From a virus (Duplodnaviria > Caudoviricetes): a stretch of DNA of 40,576 nucleotides. Location: the IMG/VR virus record IMGVR_UViG_3300046813_000129, positions 1-40,576 of that record. One strand, given 5' to 3'. The notes under the pieces are model-generated. The model had not been told where the DNA came from and made no database searches. It was given only the letters and a program-made list of their open reading frames with translations. A program made the translations under genes and the position numbers. Of the stretch, positions 33,785 through 40,576 are shown piece by piece; positions within the stretch are counted from its first letter, which is position 1, and the number at the start of each line of letters is the position of its first letter.

Positions 33785-34333
33785 TCACGCTCGCGTCCTC
33801 CGCGCCAAGTGCACCGCGATCGCATCGGGCACGAGCTCGGCCGGCAGGCTGTTGTCGCGCCAGTTCTCGACCGTGAACGCCTCGACGCGCAGGGTCCAGC
33901 GCTTGGCCTTGCCGCGCGCGCCCTGCTTCGCCCAGCTCCACAGCTCGAGGCGCGCTCCGGTCTCCAGCCAGTCGCGCATGCGCGGCTCGGCCAGGATCTT
34001 CGCGCGGCGGTGCGCGTGGTGCGCGGCCGACGCCGTGGCCTGGATTCCGATCAGCACCGCCGGCGTGCCAATCTCCCCCGGTCCGAAGGCGGGCCGGCTC
34101 GGCTCGATCGCCACGATGTCGATGACCCCGAACAAGTCGCGCTTGGTGCCGAACGGCTTGGGGAACGGCAGGTGCTGCTCGACCACCTGGGCAATCCATC
34201 CGCGCTTGCGGCACTCGGCCAGCGTCCGCGCCGTCGGACTGGTCGACGCCTTGCGCTTCTTGCGCGGCTCAACAGGGACCGCGGCGAGTTCCTCCATGCG
34301 AGCGTCCTCGAGAGGGTCGGCCTCGTCGCTCAT
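33785..34333 (-). CDS. PD-(D/E)XK nuclease, Holliday junction resolvase-like
   Basis: SPTARTL...GW...VE...DLFGVIDIVA...IGIQAT. Confidence 0.68.
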   Translation of the reverse strand: MSDEADPLEDARMEELAAVPVEPRKKRKASTSPTARTLAECRKRGWIAQVVEQHLPFPKPFGTKRDLFGVIDIVAIEPSRPAFGPGEIGTPAVLIGIQATASAAHHAHRRAKILAEPRMRDWLETGARLELWSWAKQGARGKAKRWTLRVEAFTVENWRDNSLPAELVPDAIAVHLARRTRA

Positions 34334-34515
34334 CGCGGCACCCCGAGCATGTCGTCGAACATCGCGCGATCGTCGTCACCGAGCGCGGACCGATCGACGC
34401 TGCGCAGGCGACGCACGGTAGCTCCGCCGGCCTTGGCCGCTTGCTCGTTGCTCCACGCCTCGGCGAGCGCCATCACGAACGCTTCCGCCCAGACCATGCG
34501 CTCGCCCGAGGTCAC
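34330..34515 (-). CDS. Small hypothetical protein
   Basis: 4-nt overlaps on both sides. Confidence 0.55.
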   Translation of the reverse strand: MTSGERMVWAEAFVMALAEAWSNEQAAKAGGATVRRLRSVDRSALGDDDRAMFDDMLGVPR

Positions 34516-34721
34516 CAGCGCACCGCCCCGCCGTCATGGTGGGTCCTGAGCGCATCGTGGATGCCCTCGTGGAACCCGTCGATGACCCCGCGCGCGCACT
34601 GGTACCCGAAGCCGTCGAGCTTGACGGTCGCGTGGCATGTCCGCTCTCCCTCGCCCGCTGGCCGCACATGCTGCCCGGGGAACAGGTCGCCGCGCGAGAG
34701 GATGCGCCGACCGTCGATCAC
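34512..34721 (-). CDS. Small Cys/His protein, 69 aa
   Basis: GTGA-coupled; C...C...H..IH...W pattern. Confidence 0.5.
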   Translation of the reverse strand: MIDGRRILSRGDLFPGQHVRPAGEGERTCHATVKLDGFGYQCARGVIDGFHEGIHDALRTHHDGGAVRW

Positions 34722-35014
34722 TCGTCGTCCCCGCTGTCCTCGGTCTTGACCTTGCGCGTGCGAATGCCCTCGTTGAGGAACACCTCGCGCTCCACGCCTT
34801 TCGCGTCCTCGTAGCGGTAGGAGGTGATTCCGCGATTGCGCAGCTCGGCCTGGATCTTCGTCTTGGTGTCGACGACGTTCTGCCCGGCCTTGATCGCGGC
34901 GCCCTTGCGCTTGTCGAGTTCGCCGCACAGATCGTCGAGCGCCTTGATCGGCTCTTGCTCGGGCGGCTCGTCGTCGCGCCGCGTGCCCGGTAGTTCAGCT
35001 TGCTTCTTTGCCAT
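34718..35014 (-). CDS. Hypothetical protein, 98 aa
   Basis: GAAAGGAA SD, MAKKQAELPG start, strong codon bias. Confidence 0.72.
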   Translation of the reverse strand: MAKKQAELPGTRRDDEPPEQEPIKALDDLCGELDKRKGAAIKAGQNVVDTKTKIQAELRNRGITSYRYEDAKGVEREVFLNEGIRTRKVKTEDSGDDE

Positions 35015-35037
35015 GGTGTCGGTGTTCCTTTCGCGGG

Positions 35038-35997
35038 TCAGGTGTTCTGATCGACGCGCAGCACGATGCACAACTCGCGGACAGCAGCCGTGAGGTCGCG
35101 CGCGTCGGTGTAGTAGAGGGCGTGGGGGAACGGCGCACCGTCGGCCTCGATGCCGTCGGGCGCCTCGAAGGCGATCCGCTCGCGCGGGATCGCGAGTACG
35201 CGCACGTGCGGCCACAGGGCGGCGAACCACCCCGTGTCGGGCGCGAAGCGGAGCAGCGCGCAGAACCTGGTGTGCGCGTAGTGGGCGATCGCCGCTTCGA
35301 CGAACGAATAGTCCGGCTGGATCCAGACGCGTGCGGTCGGCCCGGCCACGCGCCGGCCGCGGCTCGCGGCGGCAACGATCGCGTCGTCGCTCTCGAGGTC
35401 GAACGGCTCGGCGCGCCGCTCGGCGCCGGCGATCAGGTAGCTCCCCGGCTCCTTCGGGTCGAGCAGGCCGTTGTCGCCGCGCTCGAGCTGGCAGCTCTCG
35501 CGGCTGACGATGTGGCTCTGCGGGTTCGAGAACGGGTCCAGGTCCCACGCGCCCACCGCGTCCGCCCACTTCTTGGGCGTGCAGTACGCACCCCGGACGC
35601 GCTCGCCGCTGCCTCCGTGCACGTTCGCGGGCGCGGCATCACGCGGACTTGCGCCCGAGCCGGGCGAAAGTTTTCCCGCAGGCTGCGGGAAATCTCCCCG
35701 CGCCTCGCCCATGTACCGGAGGGCGGTGTCCTCGCCGATGTTGACCTTGCGCAGGAACTCGCCCCAGCCCTTGGCATTGGGGCCGCGCGCGGGCCAGGCG
35801 GCGCGCGCCTTGGCGAGCAGCGCGCCGATGCGCTTGCGCCGGGCCTCCGCGGACTCGCGCGCGGCGGCGGCGAGGCCCTCGTGGCGCTCGGCGTTGCGCA
35901 CGTCGTCGCGCTCGCCGGCGATCTCCACGATGAGCTGCCGCTCGATCAGCTCGACGTCGACCTGGGCCTTCTCGACGATCGCGGGGATGGGCTTCAT
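35038..35997 (-). CDS. DUF3102-like N-terminal domain fused to a phage Dam-type N6-adenine methyltransferase domain with a variant catalytic motif, 319 aa
   Basis: IG.LL..A.....GWGEFL......TA.RYM, then YCTP, DLDP, VWIQPDYS, DTGWF, RIAF and APFP. Confidence 0.75.
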   Translation of the reverse strand: MKPIPAIVEKAQVDVELIERQLIVEIAGERDDVRNAERHEGLAAAARESAEARRKRIGALLAKARAAWPARGPNAKGWGEFLRKVNIGEDTALRYMGEARGDFPQPAGKLSPGSGASPRDAAPANVHGGSGERVRGAYCTPKKWADAVGAWDLDPFSNPQSHIVSRESCQLERGDNGLLDPKEPGSYLIAGAERRAEPFDLESDDAIVAAASRGRRVAGPTARVWIQPDYSFVEAAIAHYAHTRFCALLRFAPDTGWFAALWPHVRVLAIPRERIAFEAPDGIEADGAPFPHALYYTDARDLTAAVRELCIVLRVDQNT

Positions 35998-36230
35998 CGG
36001 CCAGCCGCCTGCAGCGCGCGCTCGAGCGCGTTGAACTGGTCGCCCGCGATGTCGCCTTGCGCGAGCATGCCCTGCTGATCGATGAACGCCGCCGCAGCCT
36101 TCGCGATGGCCTCGAGCTTCGCGTTCTCGGCACGCAGCTGGATCTCGACCTGGTCGAGCTCGCGCTTGCGCTCCCACACGGCTGCGAGATCCGCCTGCAG
36201 CTGCGCGATCTGGTCAGTCTCTATGCTCAC
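35994..36230 (-). CDS. Coiled-coil hypothetical protein
   Basis: GGAGG SD; 4-nt overlaps. Confidence 0.68.
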   Translation of the reverse strand: MSIETDQIAQLQADLAAVWERKRELDQVEIQLRAENAKLEAIAKAAAAFIDQQGMLAQGDIAGDQFNALERALQAAGR

Positions 36231-36586
36231 ATGGTCCTCCGTTTCGTTTGCGGTTCACCCACGCCCGCCATCCGCTGCTGCTCGTGCGGACGTCGCCGTT
36301 CGCGCTCTCGCTCCTCGTCAAGCGCCTTGCACGCCGCGCACGGGATCCGCTTGGGCAGCGGCCTCTCGCCCCGCCGCTCGAGCACGGCGTTGAAGCTCTT
36401 GTGTACGTCGAGCGCCTCGCGGGTCATGTCGACGAGCTCGTTGCAGCTCGAGCACGGCCAGCGCTCGACGGTCGGCGAGACGCGCATCGCCGGGCCGCCC
36501 TCGAGGTCTTCGCGACCGGCGTGGCGATCGCGGTACCGGCGCTCGGCGAGGACCTCGGGGTCATCGCGCTCGAACGGGCCGCGCAT
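36227..36586 (-). CDS. Zn-finger (CxxC...CxxC) protein, 119 aa
   Basis: CSSC and CAAC; downstream of the replication initiator. Confidence 0.58.
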   Translation of the reverse strand: MRGPFERDDPEVLAERRYRDRHAGREDLEGGPAMRVSPTVERWPCSSCNELVDMTREALDVHKSFNAVLERRGERPLPKRIPCAACKALDEERERERRRPHEQQRMAGVGEPQTKRRTM

Positions 36587-36588
36587 GG

Positions 36589-36678
36589 TCAGGACCGGGC
36601 CCGCTCGTCCTCGGTGACGAGCGCGATGTACGCGTTCGTCAGAGCGGGCGTGGTGGGCTTGTTGTCGTCGGTGTTCAT
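36589..36678 (-). CDS. 29-aa mini-ORF
   Basis: MNTDDNKPTTPALTNAYIALVTEDERARS; AGGA SD; ATGA overlap with the initiator stop; fills the gap exactly. Confidence 0.4.
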   Translation of the reverse strand: MNTDDNKPTTPALTNAYIALVTEDERARS

Positions 36679-37865
36679 GCTGTCCTGTTCTTTCGTTTGG
36701 GTTTCTCGTCGGGTGGATCGGTCGGATCGGCGTCGCTCGGTCCCGCGCGCGCGTCGCCGCACAGCCGCAGCGGCTCGGGGGTGTCGAGCTCCGCTGCCGA
36801 CGGCGGGCGGTCGTGACCGAGGGCGATCCGCGCGGCGGCGGCCATCGCAACCAGGTCCTCGACCGGCGCACCCTTGGGCGGCGGTGGCTCGGGCTTCACG
36901 CGGCGCTGCGGCGCGGGCGTTGGCGGATTGCCGCGACGGTCAGTGGCCGGGGTTACCGCCGCGCGGACCTGTTCCGGGCTCAACGCCGCGGCGTGCTCGA
37001 ACGAGATCGGCGACCACATCGCCATCGGTGTCAGGTACCGCCGCGTCGGGGGCGACTTCGCTTTCGCCTCGGCCTTCGCGACGGCCACCCGGTTCCGGAT
37101 CGCGGCGAGCGCAGCCTCGGCGTCGGGCAGGTCGCCAATGAGCAGGCGGTCCGCGATCGCGCCGAGCCGCTTCATCGCCTCGCTGTCGGCGGACGGCAGG
37201 CCGGCCCACGAGTCGGGCGCGGTCGGGTCGATGCCCTCGCGGCCGAGCTCGCGGAACGCTTGTCCGGCGAGCTGCCAGGCCGTCGTGATCACGCGGCGGC
37301 GGGCGTTGGCGCGGGCGATCGAGCCAGGCAGGAGCGGCGCCGGGGGCGGGCTGGCGCGCAGCGTAGCGTCCACGGTGCGTGGTGGGGCCACGAGCGTAGG
37401 GCTGGGCTCCGGTGGGATCGCGCGCGGGAGAGAGCTCTGATCTTCCGGAACCGGATCCGGAACAAGATCCGGAACCGGATCCGGAGGGTTCACGGTTGCT
37501 TCGCGGATCTCGCGTTTTTGCTTCGCCGAATTCCGACGCGATTCCCCGCTCTTGAGTCCGCCTTGTCGCCCAGCTTCACGCTTCGGAGCGAGGTACTCGA
37601 TCCGCTTCTTCACGCCACGGATCCGCAACCCGCGGCGTGTCGTGACTGCCAGATCCACCGCGAACAGGGCATCCGCGAGCCCTGGGCGCTCGCCCGCTAG
37701 GTCGACCTGCGCCGGCGTGATGATGTCGCGCTCGAGGTCGTAGCAGACGGCGAACACCGCAAGCAGCCGGCCCATCGCCTCCCACCGCGACACCCCGAGG
37801 TCGAGCGCGAGCTGCGTGACGCGGGGGTCGCGCAAAAACTTGTCGTCGATCGACATGCGGGCCAT
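36675..37865 (-). CDS. Putative replication initiator (replisome organiser), 396 aa
   Basis: IDDKFLRDPRV...EAMGRLL, KREAGRQGGLKSGESRR and a PDPVPDLVPDPVP linker, all typical of phage O-like initiators. Confidence 0.72.
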   Translation of the reverse strand: MARMSIDDKFLRDPRVTQLALDLGVSRWEAMGRLLAVFAVCYDLERDIITPAQVDLAGERPGLADALFAVDLAVTTRRGLRIRGVKKRIEYLAPKREAGRQGGLKSGESRRNSAKQKREIREATVNPPDPVPDLVPDPVPEDQSSLPRAIPPEPSPTLVAPPRTVDATLRASPPPAPLLPGSIARANARRRVITTAWQLAGQAFRELGREGIDPTAPDSWAGLPSADSEAMKRLGAIADRLLIGDLPDAEAALAAIRNRVAVAKAEAKAKSPPTRRYLTPMAMWSPISFEHAAALSPEQVRAAVTPATDRRGNPPTPAPQRRVKPEPPPPKGAPVEDLVAMAAAARIALGHDRPPSAAELDTPEPLRLCGDARAGPSDADPTDPPDEKPKRKNRTA

Positions 37866-39337
37866 CAGCGCGACGCCTTGTCCTGCTCCACCACCGAACG
37901 CGCCACCGCATGGGCGAGCGCCGGCGGCATCGCTTGGCCGATCTGCGACCACCGCGCCTTCTTCGTCTCGCCGCAGAATTTCCACGAGCCGTCGTCGGGG
38001 AAGCCTTGGAGGATGGAGGCCGCGCGCTCGCTGAGGATGACCGCGTCGGGCAGCGACATGATCGCGAAGTCCTCGTCGTGGTGGCCGGGCGGCGCGAGTC
38101 CGGCGCGGCATGCGACCGCGGTCGCCGGTCGCGGCCATGGCCACTCGAGAACCGGCGAGCCGCTGCCCATGCGGTCCTCGCGCGCTTGGACCGTGGTGCT
38201 CGGCGCGTCGGCGGACATGATGCGAGTCGACTGCGGCCCCTGCGTCGACGGTGGGCGCTTGCACCGCCCCTCGAATTGGACCGCACGCGTGGCGCCGGCG
38301 CCGCATCCCGCGCGGACCACCATCGCAGGCTCGTCTCCATAGCTCGGGGGGTGCTGCGGGTCGTAGGTCAGGACCTGCGCACCCTGACCGCGGTACTTGG
38401 CGCCAAGCGTCGGCGCCGGTGCGTCGAGTTCGGCGGGCGCATGGCGGCCGTTCAACACCAGCGTCGTCGCGTGACCCGCCACCCGGCACTGCGTGGTGAT
38501 CGCGCGCGCCGGCGCGTCTGGGTCGGACGTGTGCACCGGCTGCTCGTGGCGTGTCGCAATCGCCAGCGTGTTGCCGTCGGAGAGATTGCTGGTGCCGACG
38601 ACGCGCGCGGGCCGGTCGGCGACGCCACCCAGCTGGTGGCCGTTCCGCGCGCGTCGTCGCATCTTCACCGCCCGTCCGAGGTCCTCGCCCTCGAGGTGGC
38701 CGAGCGCCTGCCTGCAGGTCACCCACGGCAGCAGCGGCGGGGCGCCGATGCCGGCGAGCGGCGCGGTCGCGGCGCGGGCAGCAACCTCGGCAGGGTCCGC
38801 GTGCGTCGGCGCCTGCCAGCGGATGCACGGGCCATCGAGGTGACCGAACCAGAACGGTCGGTGGCGGTGCTGCGGCACGCCGTAGTCGGCTGCGTCGAGC
38901 CGCGCGAAGTCTGCCGTGCAGTACCCGACCGCCGAGAGCCCGCCAATGACCCGCTGGACGATCGGCAGGTTCACGCGATCGTCCAGCCCAGGCACGTTGC
39001 CGATCAGGTACCGGCGTGGCCGCAGCAGCCGGATCAGCTCGCAGGTCGCCTCGAGCATGTCGCGATCGTCCTCGGTGCCGAGGCGCTTGCCCGCGCGCGA
39101 CCACGGGGTGCACGGGGGGTCCGCGACGAGCAGGTCGACCGCAGGCGCGAACGCACCGATCTTGGCCAGCCGCACGAGATCGTGGACGTCCATCTGCACC
39201 GGCCGGTGCCCGAGATTGGCCTCGTAGCTGTCGCAGTGGTCGGCCTCGAAGTCCACCGCGACGTCGAGCCGGACGCCGGCTCGACGGAATCCGGCCGCCA
39301 TCCCGCCGGCACAGCAGAACAGCTCGAGGTTGATCAC
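37865..39337 (-). CDS. C5-cytosine DNA methyltransferase homologue with long repetitive TRD
   Basis: LFCCAGG (I), DPPCTPWS (IV), GNV (VI variant), YGVPQHRHR (VIII), LQGFPD (IX), QIGQAMPP (X). Confidence 0.88.
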   Translation of the reverse strand: MINLELFCCAGGMAAGFRRAGVRLDVAVDFEADHCDSYEANLGHRPVQMDVHDLVRLAKIGAFAPAVDLLVADPPCTPWSRAGKRLGTEDDRDMLEATCELIRLLRPRRYLIGNVPGLDDRVNLPIVQRVIGGLSAVGYCTADFARLDAADYGVPQHRHRPFWFGHLDGPCIRWQAPTHADPAEVAARAATAPLAGIGAPPLLPWVTCRQALGHLEGEDLGRAVKMRRRARNGHQLGGVADRPARVVGTSNLSDGNTLAIATRHEQPVHTSDPDAPARAITTQCRVAGHATTLVLNGRHAPAELDAPAPTLGAKYRGQGAQVLTYDPQHPPSYGDEPAMVVRAGCGAGATRAVQFEGRCKRPPSTQGPQSTRIMSADAPSTTVQAREDRMGSGSPVLEWPWPRPATAVACRAGLAPPGHHDEDFAIMSLPDAVILSERAASILQGFPDDGSWKFCGETKKARWSQIGQAMPPALAHAVARSVVEQDKASR

Positions 39338-39609
39338 CCCTCACCGCCGAGCTCTGCGACCGCGTCATCCTGCGCCCGGGCATGCGCCTGGTCCTCGAGC
39401 GCGAGCTCCTCGGCGACGTCGTACACGAGCGCGTCGAGGCGTTCCTCGAATCGCTCGGCGCGCCAGTTGCGGGGCTTCGACACGTCGAGCAGCCCGTAGC
39501 GCTCGCGACCGACTTCGAGCCGGCGCAAGACGCTGTCGATCACGCGTTTCTCGTCGCGACCTGCTAGCGCAAGTCGACGCACGAGATCTTGATAGAGGAG
39601 ATCTCCCAT
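39334..39609 (-). CDS. Small helical protein, possibly all-alpha NTP-pyrophosphatase-like
   Basis: G..RYG...W.....EE.LDA.VY pattern. Confidence 0.5.
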   Translation of the reverse strand: MGDLLYQDLVRRLALAGRDEKRVIDSVLRRLEVGRERYGLLDVSKPRNWRAERFEERLDALVYDVAEELALEDQAHARAQDDAVAELGGEG

Positions 39610-39661
39610 CCGTGCGCATTGGCCGACTCGAACGGCCCCGGGCTGCCCTGTGCGCGATCGA

Positions 39662-40576
39662 TCAGGTCTCGATCGAGAGCTGGTACTCGGGTCCGGTCAT
39701 GCCGTACGTCGAGGCGATCGCGTTTTGGCAGGTCATCGCCTGGGGATCGCCGAGCTGCTTGCGAATTCCGGGCACCTGCAGCGGGCGCAGCTCGGGGTGG
39801 CAGCGGAACGTGTAGAGCTTCCGGGTGCCGTCGGGCTCCGGCGTCGAGTTTGTCACCTCGATCGCGATGAATGGCTCGTCGCCTTCCTGCTCGATCCGCA
39901 GCAAGCGTCGCGGCCACCCGAGCGCGTCCTTGTCCTCATGGATCACTGCGGCGCCGACATCGCGCAGGTAGCGCCCGGTGTCGCCAGCGTTGTACGCGGT
40001 CACCAGCACGCGCCTGACCTCGGCGTTCGGCTCGTCGCGGATCTGCGCCGCGGTGATCGCGCCCGAGGCCATTGCGGCGCCGCGCTCTGGCGTGAGGCGA
40101 ATGCCGTGAACGGCGTAGACCCCGTAGCCGTCGGCCCACGCTAGCGCGGGACCGTCGACGCGATGCAGGCGATGGCGATCATCGAAGGCGGCGACCTCCG
40201 GGTGCTGCACAAGGATCGTGCAGCCGGCCCACGAGAACACCATGAAGGCCGCGCGCGCCAGGCGTTCCCAGATCTGCAGTCGCTTCTCCTGCTCGTCGGT
40301 GACGCGCACGCCGATCGAGATCGCGAATCGCGAGTGGGCAGTCCAGTACGCCTCGCACTGCCCCCACGACCAGTACGCATTCCATGCTTCCCCGAGCTGG
40401 CCCCCGAGCTGGTCCCGGAGCTGGCCCCGGAGCTGGTCCCGGAGCTGGTCCCCGAGCTGGCCCCCGAGCTGGCCCCAGAGCTGGCCCCGGAGCTGGTCCC
40501 AGAGCTGGTCCCAGAGCTGGTCCCCGAGCTGGCCCCCGAGCTGGCCCCCGAGCTGGTCCCAGAGCTGGCCCCGGAG
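39662..40576 (-). CDS. C-terminal part of DUF6745-like repeat protein
   Basis: Open frame from 40576: repeats, then [52 protein letters not shown] and NAIASTYG. Confidence 0.85.
   Translation of the reverse strand, partial: LRGQLWDQLGGQLGGQLGDQLWDQLWDQLRGQLWGQLGGQLGDQLRDQLRGQLRDQLGGQLGEAWNAYWSWGQCEAYWTAHSRFAISIGVRVTDEQEKRLQIWERLARAAFMVFSWAGCTILVQHPEVAAFDDRHRLHRVDGPALAWADGYGVYAVHGIRLTPERGAAMASGAITAAQIRDEPNAEVRRVLVTAYNAGDTGRYLRDVGAAVIHEDKDALGWPRRLLRIEQEGDEPFIAIEVTNSTPEPDGTRKLYTFRCHPELRPLQVPGIRKQLGDPQAMTCQNAIASTYGMTGPEYQLSIET
40390..40576 (-). repeat. 12-bp tandem repeat; 40450-40576 duplicates 1-127 (circular overlap)
   Basis: Base-by-base identity over 127 nt. Confidence 0.95.

Larger units (their letters stand above)
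1..40576. mobile_element. Complete circular temperate phage genome (podovirus-like morphogenesis genes, lambdoid regulation), excised form
   Basis: Integrase, attP, switch, replication, terminase, portal, capsid, tail and lysis genes are all present, with no host housekeeping genes. 1-127 is identical to 40450-40576 and one ORF reads in frame across the junction. Confidence 0.93.

Noticed and set aside
37866-39383. 902-aa ORF or methyltransferase-initiator fusion
   Set aside because: The upstream half is an off-frame reading of the methyltransferase gene. The initiator starts at 37865 by a TGATG overlap.

Overview
The window looks like a complete circular temperate phage genome in its excised (attP) form. 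Bases 1-127 are identical to 40450-40576, giving a circle of about 40,449 bp. GC content is high. The Cys-rich lipoproteins suggest a Myxococcota-like host, which is inference only. The layout is lambdoid. A divergent cro/cI-like XRE switch (1.6-2.4 kb) has four GAATCGG-N5-CCGA operators. A rightward early operon (2.4-8.8 kb) carries a RecE/exoVIII-like nuclease, a stand-alone ZAS anti-sigma domain, a lipoprotein and a tyrosine integrase, followed by attP (the 3' half of tRNA-Leu(TAG)). A leftward operon crosses the contig junction and carries an RQGDV protein, a DUF6745-like repeat protein, C5 and N6 methyltransferase homologues with altered catalytic motifs, a replication initiator, a resolvase-like nuclease and an HNH nuclease. 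The virion module is podovirus-like (scaffold, capsid, adaptor, tail hub, three ejection proteins, lysis genes), but portal and terminase sit on the opposite strand in the order portal then terL. The most striking unannotated element is a structured non-coding block at 5419-5660. It has four hairpins followed by a 105-nt tRNA-shaped RNA whose anticodon loop is replaced by an extended arm. That arm and the preceding hairpin both display a CCCC...ACCTCC anti-Shine-Dalgarno loop. A second structured RNA with mutually exclusive pairings lies in the major capsid leader. All product calls come from motifs and synteny read by eye; no searches were run.
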